Assembly (NCBI GenBank): GCA_002269645.1
Contig: NIVC01000907.1
Coordinates: forward strand, 1 to 64,000
Source of the DNA: Macrostomum lignano
Lineage: Eukaryota
Direction: 5' to 3'
DNA: 64,000 nt
Under the pieces are notes generated by a model that saw only the letters and a program-made list of their open reading frames with translations, was not told the DNA's origin and ran no database searches. Both the position numbers and the translations under genes were made by a program. This document shows, one piece after another, positions 11,341 to 23,967 of the stretch (position 1 is the first letter of the stretch; the number at the start of each line of letters is the position of its first letter).

Positions 11341-14300
11341 TTCTAGACTGGTTTATGATCACCTTATATTTTACTCTTTATAAGACAGAAAACAAGAACA
11401 ACTTAAAGTAGAAAGACAGGAAACCTCATTTCTTGGAAATTTTTTGAAGGCAGGTTTTTCTGAAAAGAAAAAAATATATACTATAGAGATGAGAAGTTTT
11501 TTAGCACAAAAATTGTTATTGCTTTTGATATGAGGCAGATCCTATGTTTATCTTTTGATATATTATGCCTTTCTTATTGCTTTATCAATATTCATAAAGT
11601 TTTTTGTTCAAATAATTAGGATTCTATTGTAACAGAGGTTATTGCTCTCACTGAAATTATCTTACCGTTGGTACCAAATCTAAAAACTGTCATAGCAGTT
11701 TCTGGCTCTATTAAAATCTCAATTGCTAACACCAAAGTTGTCATAACGGTGTTCCTGTACAATACAAAATCCCACTGATTAGCCACCAAAAGCTGTCCCA
11801 GGGCTCTTAATTATTCTTTTGTTAGTCTTACTTGCTGTCACCAAGTTGTGCTAGTGTTAAACTTCTATCTTTCTACTTAATATAACCTTGCATAAATGTA
11901 CTATTATCACTGGTAGCATCTACTTATCTACTTCTATTGGTAGCGTCTATTTATCTAATGGTAGTGGTTGTCATGTACTATATTCTTGGCCTGAGCAGTC
12001 TAATGGCACTGTCTATTTACTATCTATTCTATTTCTCACTCAGTCCTAGCGTTCCTAGGATCAGAAGGTCACAGCTTTACATGTTTTCCCCACCCTGGGG
12101 CAGATTCTCTTGCTTTAAGCGGTTCTTCTACCCTGAGGCAAATTTACTACTGTGAAGCATTTTCTCAGCCCTGAGGCAATTTATACACTCTCTGAGGTTA
12201 TTGCCCTAAGGTGGTTCTCGCTTTTTAGCAGTCTATTACTACTCTCAATATGAAGATCTTTACTCTTAGCAAATAACCAAGCCTTTAAGTGATTGCAATA
12301 TTTAGAACGAACTAAGTTTGCTTATTAAAAACCAAGAGGCAGCAAATGGTTGACTCTTCAAACCTGCTCAGCACATCTATTTATACTAGAAATTAATTAC
12401 AGTTTAAACAAAATGATAATTGCGGAAATGTTTTTGCAAACCACAACATTCAAACAATTATTCAAAGAATAATATATATATTTCATGCGGATTTGAATAG
12501 AGGTTTTTCTAAGAAAGGCAAACATAAAACAAGTAAAATTTAAAAGTATTAAAGCTATTATTAATGCCTGTCTCACTATGTTAATTTTTTATTTTACATA
12601 CAGTTCCCATACCTAACAATTATAAAAATGCATGGCACAGCTCCAACCTTTGGTTTTATAAAGCTATTTTATCATCTCTGTTACAAATATTTGTTATACA
12701 GTCTGCTAATAATGATAATATAGACTCATAAAACCAAAGAGCTGAGCCATGCCATTTTAATAGTTTTTAGGTATAAGATACATGCAAATAAACATAAAAT
12801 AAAATTAACATAGAATCCTAATTCTTTGAACAAAAAGCTTTATGAATATTGATAGAGCAATAAAAATTAAAAAAGCACAATATATTGAAACATAAACACT
12901 GGATCTGCCTTCTTTCAAAAGCAATAACATTTTTTATGCTGAAAATGAAAATTTCCTATCTCTAAATACTAGATATTTTTTGGAAAACCTGCCTTTAAAT
13001 TTTTAAGAAACAAGGTTTCCTTTCTTTCTACTTAAGTCATCCTTGACATAAAAATTGACAGTAGTTTCAAATGATTATAAATACTTTCAAATGTGAAATG
13101 TTTTCAAATATCAGTTTGCTAATAGCTTATATATCACCTTTGTTTTACCATCACCCAAGCATATATTTCTCATTAAAATTATCTTAAACCAAAGCTGGCT
13201 ATAGAAAAGCATGTCAAATAGTAATAGAAAACTGCTACTCATTCCAGATCATGGGTATTGAAATATGAAATATTGAAAGCACTATACTGTGGCTTCCAAT
13301 TCTATGCCATATATTGTTCATAAACTCCTAAATAGAAGCATAATGGAATTGGAAGCTCTTAACTTTTACCCAGCATTGGTTCACAATCATTTTTATATGT
13401 GTAACACATTCAAATGATCATAAACTGAAGTTGATATATAAGTATTGTCCAATAAATTGCTTTGCAGACTTTTAATTTTGCATCTTTTTGTTAGTTTCAA
13501 ATATGCCTTTCCAAAATGAATGAGCAATGGTTTTCTGTGACTATTTGACATGGTTTTCTATAGCCAGCTTTGGTTTACAATCATTTGAATAAGAAATGTA
13601 CATTTGGATGATCATAAAGCAAAGGTGATATATTACTACTAGCAAACATTTGACATTTGAAAACATTTACGATTATTTGAAACTACCATTGGTTTTTATG
13701 TTTTATAACTTTTTATATGGTGATTGTCCCTATTTGAGGTAATCATAAACCAAAGGATTGCCACTATCTTGTATAAACACTTTAGTTATAATTATGTTAA
13801 ATTTCTATACTATGTTTGTCATATTGGCTAATGGGTAAAAATCAGGAATCTGGTCAATTTTGGCAATAAACAATTTCAGCATTAGTCATTACAGCAACAA
13901 ACTTTTTGGCAACAGACTCATAGTACCAATGCAGTAGGTTATAATAAAAAAATTAGCAAATAAAATTACAAATAAAATAAAAATAAAGCAAAAATAATAT
14001 AATTTACTATTCTATAAGTAAATTTAAGTGGCTGCAAGCAAGCAGGAGTGCCTCAATAGGCCTAGTTGATTGCAATAAATCAGCACAGATATAACAAAGC
14101 CATGTAATAAAACATGATAAAAACAATAAACATGGTAAAACAAAGCCTATATATACAGCATATACATTATATAATATATACAATACTTTGTTGTGTATGT
14201 GCATTATGCAATGTACATGCACTGATGTACATCTATGAGTATCAGTCACATAATATATATATTCACTAGTAGAGAGCTACCTCTCCGCACCTCTCCTCTC

Positions 14301-14499
14301 CTTCATCTCAAGTGAATTGATTTTATTCATTTGGCCAGCAGCCACAACATATATGTTCTAATTTACTTGCTCTTGCCCTATATCTCCTTCTGTCTAAACA
14401 AATAAATTAATAAATATAATTATAAATATATTATGTAATTGTACTTTTCAACAATACATAGGCAGAGAGTTAATTACGATTTGTTTATAACACATGTGG

Positions 14500-14790
14500 T
14501 AATTTGTCATTCTTTGGACAACCCTACAGCTAAGGTAATTTATCATTCTTTGGACAACCCTGCAGCTAAGGTAATTTGTCATTCTTTGGATAACCCTACA
14601 GCTAAGGTAATTTATCATTCTTTGGACAACCCTGCAGCTAAGGTAATTTGTCATTCTTTGGATAACCCTACAGCTAAGGTAATTTGTCATTCTTTAGACA
14701 ATCCTGCAGCTAAGGTAATTTGTCATTCTTCAGGCAACCCTGCAGCTAAGGTAATTTGTCATTCTTCAGACAACCCTGCAGCTAAGGTAA
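14500..14790. repeat. 36-bp minisatellite (GCTAAGGTAATTTGTCATTCTTTGGACAACCCTGCA)~8
   Basis: Direct tandem units visible. Confidence 0.92.
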
Positions 14791-15043
14791 TTTTGTCATT
14801 TATTATTTAATTACTTTTCAATGAGAAAAAGAGTGAGAGAGAGATCATTACAATTTGTTTATAATGGAATATATCAACAATGTTGCCAAAAAAGTTGTCA
14901 CCAAAATGGACCCTTACCAAAATCAGGATATTATATAGTTACAGTAGACTGCTAATAAAAATACCCCTTGACTCTAATAGTTATCAATGCAATTTTCAAT
15001 GTTTTGGCTCTGCCACTTTGGGCATGTTTCTTTTCCAACACAA

Positions 15044-15512
15044 TATTATAGGCAGATTAATAGCTGTGCCATAGACAGTCCCCTGGCTCTTACCAAGGAG
15101 TTCTATAATTAGCAACCTGGAGTGGAAACGAGTTTTTCACTTTTACCTCATGAGCCCAGACTAGCATAGACAGAGTCCAACAGAGCCATAGACATTCAGT
15201 GCTGGCTCCTTATCTTAACAATTTGCGTGGCCTCATGAGGTAAAACCGTTTCCACTCCAGATTGCTAATTATAGAACTCCTTGCTCTTACCTTGGCTAAT
15301 CTTTGCATGGCTCATTGAGAAAAGAACTAGATGACTCTTTCTTGCACTCTTAGCTTCTACAAATGTTATGTTGATGATGCTTTCACTATCTTTGAAGATG
15401 AAACTAAGAAGGATGAGTTTTTTGAAGCCATTAACTCTACCTATGCAAATATCCAATTCACTGTTAAAGGAAGAAGCAGAAAGCTCCCCTTTCCTTGACA
15501 TTAATTTGGATG
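15044..15512 (+). pseudogene. Degenerate Penelope-like reverse transcriptase fragment, interrupted by a MITE
   Basis: Removing 15095-15291 joins YYRQINSCAIDSPLALT-LANLCMAH*EKN*...FYKCYVDDAFTIF...INSTYANIQFT...LPF, matching PLE RT motifs YxQxxGxAMGSPLAPxLANxxM, RYVDD, HxxIQFT, LPFLD. Confidence 0.85.
15095..15282. mobile_element. 188-bp MITE with 9-bp TSD (Mutator-like by TSD length)
   Basis: Arms AAGGAGTTCTATAATTAGCAACCTGGAGTGGAAACG / CGTTTCCACTCCAGATTGCTAATTATAGAACTCCTT; GCTCTTACC duplicated at 15086-15094 and 15283-15291. Confidence 0.85.
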
Positions 15513-16495
15513 CAACCAATGAAACTGTTAGTACTACTATAAAGTAAAATATATTTATAGGCCACTTTTGAAAACTAATTCATAAAGAAATTCACCTGTA
15601 TTTCTAAAGTTTATGCAAAAAACTTGCTTATTATATTAGCCCTCTAAAAAGGAAAGTGATTTTTGTCTTATAGAATCTTTGCTCTTTATTTAATACCTTT
15701 TACCTATCTTGCTTGATCTTAAAAGACAAACAGCACATGATATTTTTGATAGAATGAGTATTTGAGAACTGCTAAAACATATTTGGTTAGAAAAGCACTT
15801 TTGATAGCTAGAAACACTACATGAAGCCTTAAATCATAGCCAAAGACTGGATGGGCATTATTAATGTTTCTACTAGACTCCATAGCCAATATTAAAACAA
15901 AGGAGTAGCTGCTGCAACTTTGACAATGCCTTAGATTGCTTGCAAGGTGTAGACAAATGAGAACATTTGCAATGCCCTTAAGGAGATAGGACAAAAAGCT
16001 TGAATTTATATCTAACTACTGTTATACCATTACATTGAAATCAAGTGCAAAAAAATCATACAAATTCATTGACCCTAACCAATATTAGAGCTACTTAAAA
16101 AGAATGATTATGCAGATGCTTTTGCACTTATAAGTAGTATGTTATATTCACATTATTTATAAATTTTTAGATAGTTAAATTTGACATCTTTTATTTTTTA
16201 CACTTATAGCTATTGATAAAGGGGTGACTTCTTGAATTCTACCACTAAGCCATTAAGTTGTTATAGGGCTTGTACTTCTATCCTATTGTTAAGCTACCAA
16301 AGTTTTGACAGGGATTTTTGTTGTCTTAAAAATTATCCCATGTAGCTGTCACCAAAGTTGTAGTAAACTATAATTAACTAATGAGCATAGATCTTAGAAT
16401 AGGGCCTGGGTATTAGTCTGAGTATTAGTCTCAGTATAAGTCTGAGTATATGTCTTCTTATGTGTGGCTTGTGTGCTCTAATATTTACTTTTGTA

Positions 16496-17683
16496 CAAGG
16501 GGTGTCCCTAAAGTCGGTGCACTTTCTTCGCTACAGCCTTTTCTGACCAATCAGAAATATTTATTTTGTAGCAGTTAACAAGAGAATTATCTGCCCATTA
16601 AAATGACTTTCTATTTATTTCTGTATCTGCTGGCATTCTTGAGATATGAGCACTTTTCTGCCCCAACCCCTGTGCTACTTCTACAAATTGCCATAGACCA
16701 AAGCTTTGTACCTGATGCACGAAACAACGAAACATTCAATGAATCAATAAAACATCCGCAACATGAAAGCTGAGGAAAGAACAGTCAGAAGTTAATCATC
16801 AACATTGTCCTGAGGCTTCTCCACATAGTCACCACTGCGCTGCACACACTTCTACCATTGGCTGTGCATGTCGTCAAGGGCATCAGCAAAATCTGAGCGC
16901 GGCATCTCATGAAGGAGAACTTGGCGAGTCAATGCTTCCAGGCTCCCACAACAAGCAAAGATTCGTCCATGCAGCAGCTTCTTCATCTTTGGAAAGATGG
17001 AAAAGTCAGCTGGTGACAAATCCGGAGAGAAGGCGTGGGTGTGAGAGCAGCTCAAAATTTGCCTGCTCGATCATCTCCTCCGTATTCTTGGCCATGTGGG
17101 GACTTGCGTTGTCATGGTGCAGAAGGTGCGGAGCTGCGGTACCTAGCGGGCCGAGATCTTTGGCAGTTCCAACTCCGCAGTCATCGTGCGGTGTGGAACA
17201 GTGAACTTTGGACTGCCAAGCATGTCCGCAATCTCATGAACTGTCAGTCTGGCATCAGTGTCAAGCAATTCCTGAATCTGTCGATGCCATTGCTGATGCC
17301 CTTGACGACATGCACAGCTGATGGCAGAAGTGTGTGCAGCGCAGTGGTGACTATGTGGAGAAGCCTCAGGACAATGTTGATGATTAACTTCTGACTGTTC
17401 TTTCTTCAGCTTTCATGTTGCAGATGTTTTATTGATTCGTTGAATGTTTCGTTGTTTCGTGCATCAGGTACAAAGCTTTGGTCTATGGCAATTTGTAGAA
17501 GTAGCACAGGGGTTGGGGCAGAAAAGTGCTCATATCTCAAGAATGCCAGCAGATACAGAAATAAATAGAAAGTCATTTTAACGGGCAGATAATTCTCTTG
17601 TTAACTGCTACAAAATAAATATTTCTGATCGGTCAGAAAAGGCTGTAGCGAAGAAAGTGCACCGACTTTTGGGACACCCCTCA
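16496..17683 (-). mobile_element. Rearranged non-autonomous mariner element with ~394-bp inverted arms
   Basis: TA|CAAGGGGTGTCCCTAAAGT...ACTTTTGGGACACCCCTCA|TA. Minus strand has transposase remnants LTVHEIADML, AR*VPQL, HHDNASPH, FSPDLSPADF; WQKCVQRSGDYVEK is in the right arm. Arms 16496-16889 and 17290-17683. Confidence 0.9.
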
Positions 17684-17748
17684 TAGTTTTGTGTACTTCT
17701 GTGTATACTGCCTACACCCTTTCTATATACAATGGAGTTCTCAACAAA

Positions 17749-17782
<34 letters not shown>

Positions 17783-18649
17783 TGACTTGTTTACCTAGTG
17801 CCTGGGTCTAAGAGTTTTTGTAGCTAATTGCAACTAGCATGACTTGGCTTATTTCATAATAGGTCTAAGTGTAAATCTAATAATATATCTAAGTAAATAT
17901 CTGGAGCATTCTGTATTCTTTATTGGTAGCATTATTATTATTTAATGAATGGTCTATTTTTCCTGTGTGTGTCTTAGAATAAAATTTTGCTAACAGCTTG
18001 CATCTATTTATACTATTTGGAGGACATAGTCAATATTAATTCTGAGACATGATTTAAACAAATAAGCATTATAACAAAATAGGGTGAATATTAATTTTCA
18101 CTTTAAAAACATAGGCAAATTTAATGTGAATGTTAGAAGATTAAAAAAATACTTTAATTTTAATATTCACTTTAAAGAATATTTAAACAAAAAATTTCTG
18201 ATAAAATTATTACCACTATTAATAGTAATCACACACTATTTTTGCTGTTTCATATTTGTCCAATTATTTTATGATTTGCAATTAACTAAGCATTTGGAGC
18301 TTTTTCTAGTTTCAATAAAGCAGCTTGTAAATGCACAGCATTCTATGCATCCCATATTAAATAATGAATAATCTATATAGGTATATTTTCTTTTTGAAAG
18401 CACAAAGTGTTCTAACCATCAGTATTTTTGTCTTATCTAAAATAACTTTGTTAGTAAAGTAAATTAAGTTAATTTTGTAAAAAGTACAATATCAAAAGCC
18501 CTTAGTGTTTTGGTTGTCATTCTATATTGTCAATATTATTTTTTATATATAAAAAAAATCCCACCATTGCCATTTTACTTTTTTGACAATTGCATTAGAG
18601 ATGAAAAAATGTGTATATTGAAAAACCCTGGGATTTTGAGATTGAAATT

Positions 18650-18772
18650 TTGAGGTTCGAGGATCACTAGGGTTGGGACCCTGAGGTTCAAGGATCACTA
18701 GGGTTGAGACCCTGAGGTTCAAGGATCACTAGGGTTGAGACCCTGAGGTTCAATTATCACTAGGGCTGAGAC
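18650..18772. repeat. 31-bp minisatellite (GAGACCCTGAGGTTCAAGGATCACTAGGGYT), left part
   Basis: Same unit resumes at 23968 after the hAT element. Confidence 0.9.
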
Positions 18773-19929
18773 CAGTGCTGTGACAGACAAAAAATTAAAA
18801 AGATGCAGTGTAAAAAAAACACGCACGCACTTTTCCAATCTTACATGAACTGTATGCTTCGCATATTATTTTTTCGGAATATACATACAAACACCCCTAC
18901 TCGTGGGAAAGCGACAAGTGAGAAGAAAGTTGTACCATAGTACTAATACCATAATACCAGTCATAGCAGAGTATCAAATAGTACATTAGTAGCACACCAC
19001 GCTTCCCCGTCATCTGCACATGACATTTGTTCATAGTTCATCTCCCTTTTCAATTTTTGTGTGCACATGTGCACATGACATATGTTCATAGTTCATCTCC
19101 CTTTTCAATTTTTGTGTGCACCAGATTTTTTGCGCTTCTTCTCAGCCAACTGCTTTCCTTCCTTCTCGAGCGTCTTTCGCTTCACTTGCTGGGCGAGCAT
19201 CTTTCGCTGGTATTCTTCTAGCAGGGCGTTTGCCTTCTCCGTTTCGGCATCAAGCAGCCGCTGCTTATCCTTATGCTGCAGCATCTTCTCTGCCAGCCTT
19301 CCTTCCTTCTCCGATCTAGCACTACTGGCAGCTTCTTGTGCCAGGCGTGCCTCGCGAAGCTCTTCTTCCCTCTGCATGCGCCGCTGTCTAACAGACAGGT
19401 TTTGTCTGGCATTGAAGCCCTCGGCGATGTACCTCGGGCCAAACTCAAACGTTTCGCAAGTAAGACCCGTAGCCTTCAGAAACCCGTTGATCAACAGGCA
19501 TGCGTCGACTGTGAAGGAATACAAGGAGTTGCGTTTTCTAGCCAGCAGATCTACAGGCTGCTGAGAAGGCGCGTTCCGCATCAGAGTTACCATGAGGAAC
19601 TGTTAGAATGGCCGAAGCAAGTCGCCACAGGTTCGGAAACTTCGGCTCTCCAGACAAGCCCTTGTGTTCGGCCACCGAGAACCAAAAGTCCAATGCACTT
19701 GATTCAGCCTGGTCTAAGGGGATGCGTAGTTCGTTGGTAGCAACAGAAAGGGTAAGTGCACGCCATTTTCGGTCAATTGCCGTCACCTCGTCTTCAGCAA
19801 ACTTCAATGTCTTGGCCAACTTAGTCGGAAAATCGGAGGAAGTCTCTGAAATCGTTGCAGGATTGAGAAACTGGGCCTGCCTTAGGGTGGCATCGGCCAG
19901 AGGAAGATGCGATTGCAGGTACACGGCAA

Positions 19930-21096
19930 CCCGTTGGATTTTGAGTTTTTAAAGTAGGCACGAAAGGTGAAGAGTTTTACACCGTCTGCCTGACTTTCGC
20001 CTCTCTTATGCCTATTTTGTGCCACTTGTGCACCGCGTGTTCACCTGAGTGCCTCTGCAGGGTCAAAAGGTGAATTTAAGGCACGAAATAGGCGGTAGGG
20101 GCACAGGTGCCATAGGGGAGTTAGGTGCATTAAAGGTGCACAGTGTGCGTTGAGGCACAAAAGGTGAACAAAGTAGGAATTGGGGGCATTTGTGGAGTGA
20201 AAGGTGAAAAAAAGGTGCGCTGCGGTAGAGGTGCATAAAAAGTGTACAGTGTGCACTGGAGGCACGAAAGGTGAATAAAGGGTGCACAGTGGGCACTTTA
20301 GGCGTAGAGGCAATGCAAGGGGCGTTTCAACTTGCGAAAGTTCTTTGCTACTTTTCCTTACTATTCTTTGAACAGATTCAAAACTTTTCCTCACTGATGC
20401 AAAACTTTTCACCACTTTTCGGAACTTTTCCTGAGTATTTGAAAGTCATTAAAACTTATCAGTATAGGAAATGTTTGCTTTCGTGGTTTGTCAGGATCAG
20501 GAAGGGGATAGCAGCGATTAGTATAGGTGTAAATAAAGCTTTTCTGTGTTCAATCTGTGCATGCAATGTACGAGTATGTAACTCTCAGTTAATTTTTTGT
20601 TACGAATTCTTAATGCGTTAATTCGTGCATAGGCATGAAAGGTGAGCGAGGTGCACAGAAGAGGCACTTTAGGGGTCTGTTTCGAGCGTGTTTTGGAAAT
20701 GCACCTGTATACATATTTACGCTGCAACATGTACACCTTATGCACCTCTAATTCACCTTTTGTGCACTTTCTGCGCCCCTTCAGAACCTTTCCTGCACCT
20801 GCTGTGCCTCGCTTGTGAGTCTGCTGTTCACCTTTTGCGCACCTCCAGTGCCCCTTATGCACCTTTCCTGCCCCTACCGCCGCAACCAATCAAAATTGAG
20901 AATTCACCTACTGCCTGACCACTTCACCGATTGTACACCTTTCATGCCTCTTTTCGAAAATATTGGTGACATTTAGGCATAAAAGGTGCACTCAGGTGCA
21001 TTTCCAAAGCACACACGAAATAGGCCACCAAAGTGCCTCTTTTGTGCACCTCGCTCACCTTTTATGCCTCTGCAGGTGCATAACTTTTCCAACGGG
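19930..21096. mobile_element. 1.17-kb non-autonomous TIR element (CCCG termini, 3-bp TSD) nested in the hAT transposase
   Basis: CAA|CCCGTTGGA...TCCAACGGG|CAA; dense AAAGGTGCA/GAGGCAC subterminal motifs that invert orientation near the middle; no coding capacity. Confidence 0.82.
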
Positions 21097-22208
21097 CAAG
21101 CTCCATGTAAAACTGTCTCGCACGGACAATGCACTGCTTTTAGAACAGTCTGACAGCAAAGCCCGAGCCTTCTCACCAACGAAGATGTCGCGGTCAGAAA
21201 GGCAGTGCTCGAAGTCAATTTTCATTCTAGTCAAATGCGATGAATTGGCACTAATGTAGTCCACCTTCATAAAGCAGCTCAGCACTTCTCGAAAAAATTG
21301 CCGAACAGTCGCGTACATCTTGTGAATAAGCACCTTCTTTTGCTGGTATTCCTTCTCAAACGCGTCGAGCATCGGCAAAACTGCTTGCAAAAATAAAATG
21401 TCAAACTCCACCTCCTTGTCCTTGAGTAGCTCGCAGATGCGCTGGACTTGCCCGTTTTCAAAGTTTCCTTGGGCATTTGACCTGCGATGTTTCTTGAAGT
21501 ATTCGGCTATTCGCGCAAGCCTGGCAATTGCTCGACAAGTCGGTTGGCAACCGGCAAAAGCTGCACCCAGCGGGTTTCCACACGCCGCAGGAAGCGTTGG
21601 CGTTGAAGGTCAAGAAGGCTTTGGGTGTGCTCGTAGTCAGTCCATCGTGAAGTATAGTTGAAGTAGGAGTGCACCAGATCCGCAAGATTCTCTGCGTCCT
21701 TTCCAAGCTTGTCGCAAGCTTGCCGAACAGCGTTGGAAACGTGGTGCAAAATGCAGGTGTTCATCTCTAGCAGCTGAGGAGCATGCTTTCGAATCAGCGT
21801 GTGAAAGCCTTTGTGTCGCCCCACCATGACGGACGGACCATCCGACATTATTGAAACGCAGTTGCGAAGTGGAAGCGACAAATCAGAACAGGCCTCAAGT
21901 ACTGCAGTCTCCAAGGTTGCTGCCTTTCCATCTGTCACCTGAACTGTCTGCAGGGGAATGGACAAAAGCTGCTTGCGCTTGATGGAAACGACGAAAATCA
22001 CGACTACTAGAAACTTCCGCGCACTCATGATCTCGTTTGACTCGTCAATTCCTAGGCTGAAGAATCCACTGCCGGAATTAAGGTCCTGCACAATTTCCTC
22101 TCGCAGCACTGGGGCAATAGCATCGGTAACAAGATACGATGTCTTGTTCCGTTTGCAGCAAAACTTCATTGCGATTTGGCTGTCAGGAAACATAGCCTTG
22201 TAGACCTC

Positions 22209-22751
22209 TTGACTTACTTGACTTAGCTGCAGGGGGCTCCGTGCGTCCGGAAACAGCGAGGAGGCGTTGCCGCTTATTTCGCTAACCCCTGGCGACCACG
22301 GGCAGCTAGTGCTGCGGTGTCGCGCAGGGAGTTCCGGTGGCGCCGGCGTCCGCAGCGCGGTCCCCCTCCGGAGAGTCCAGGAGGTAAATTGTCGCTCGCC
22401 CGGTAGCCCTTAGGTAGCGGACGAGCTGGCAGAGATTCTCGGGCCTGAAAACGTCGGAGAGGTCCGGGTTTGGGCCGAGGTAGGTGAGCCTGTCCTGAGT
22501 AAAGGCGGGGCATTCACAGATGAAGTGCTCCGCATTCTCGACACCGGAGAGGCAGAAAGGGCATTCCTCACTGCGGATTTTCTCCTGGAGGTAACGATGC
22601 CTGGCAAAGCAGCCATGACCCGAGAGGGCCATGGTAACCGCCCTGATGTCCCTGCGGTTGAGTCCAAGCAGGGCCCTGCGAAGGGCGGGGGAGGGACAGG
22701 GGACAGCCGCGCGGGATTGCCGGCAGTCGGGGGCGTTAGCCCACCTCTCCC
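22209..22751 (-). mobile_element. 5'-truncated non-LTR retrotransposon (3' end, CCHC knuckle; LOA/I/R1-like)
   Basis: 10-bp TSD TGTAGACCTC (22199-22208, 22752-22761); encodes [17 protein letters not shown]...[19 protein letters not shown]; 3' tail (TAAGTCAAG)2. Confidence 0.88.
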
Positions 22752-23967
22752 TGTAGACCTCATGGTCAGACTTTGCAAACGATTGGTGGTGTTCGACAAC
22801 CGACAGGGAATGACGCAGTTCAGCTTCCATGACTTGAGCTTGCAGCTTACTTGTGCCGGCATTGCCACTTCCTCCAGTCGCAGCCGTGGGCTTGAAATAT
22901 GAGTCAATCGGCTTTGCTGCTGCCTCTTGCGATCCAAAGCCCATTCGAACAGCATACATATCTATATGCTTCTTTGTCTTGGCATGGCACTCAACAGCAC
23001 CAAATCCGGCAGATCCTATATGCAGCGCCTTTGAGCAAAGGGTACAGATAGCCTTCGTGTCATCCTGTGGATCAGCATGTAGCCAGATTTCGCACTTCTG
23101 GCCATGGATGGTGCGATTGCGCCAGGCATCGATGAACTTCGTGGAGCGGATCTTTGATAATGACATGGGATGACGATAGTCGGCTCAGTTGGTGTCGACT
23201 CTTTGGTGACTTGCTGTAATAGATTGCAGGTTCCCCTGAAGCTTATGTAAAATGAAAGCAATTTACTATTATTAAACCTTGCCCCAGCTCTTTACTAAAT
23301 AGGATTACTAAATAACTGTCACGAACAACTAAGGTTCTAATGACTATTAAAAATATGCCTAAATGATGAAAACCACAATGAAAGAGTGGCATGTAACTCT
23401 CGCAGTTGGCAATTGTTACTACAATACTACGTCGTAGGATAGCCTAGGCCCTAAGCCCTAGACAGGTATACATATTCGAATACATACATACCATGGGTGA
23501 TTGTGTGCCTCGTTTGTGACACTCTTTAATTTTGGCACTGGTGGAACACTCCAGTGAACAATGAACTTGTAACCAATGTCCATTGGCAGTCTGTCATATC
23601 CACTGTACATAAAACCAGTCCATGGAACTTTCACAATCGCTAATTGTTACTAGGATAACCTAGAGCCCTAGACTAAGGACCTGAGGTCTTTAAGGCAGGG
23701 AAATATAAATTAATCAATGAAATTAATAACAGGAAGCCAAAGACAAACAATTTGCACTTTTTTCCCCATTTTCTTATTTTTATTTCCCTTGCATCAATTG
23801 ATTCACCCAAGTGGCATTACAGGATGGCATAACAAGCGATGGTATGAGGGCAACAACTTGAAAAATAAAAAGCACGCAGGAAAAAAACACGCAGAAAAAC
23901 ACGCAGACACGCAGAAATCTGACAAAAACACGCAGATGCGTGAAAAACGCAGCCTGTCACAGCACTG

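Larger units (their letters stand above)
19105..23166 (-). pseudogene. hAT transposase pseudogene (BED-like Zn finger, DDE core, dimerization domain, coiled-coil tail)
   Basis: W...W...AICTLCSK...HAKTKKH; KAMFPDSQIA; FSLGIDES; SIMSDG; CILH; RVETRW; FW...FPNLWRLASAILTVPHGNSDAERAFS; RNSL. Frameshifts near 21505, 21110 and 19560; insertions at 22209-22751 and 19930-21096. Confidence 0.88.
18773..23967 (-). mobile_element. hAT DNA transposon (~5.2 kb) with disrupted transposase and two nested insertions
   Basis: 14-bp TIR CAGTGCTGTGACAG (18773) / CTGTCACAGCACTG (23954-23967); sits inside the 31-bp minisatellite; right TSD copy degenerate. Confidence 0.88.
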
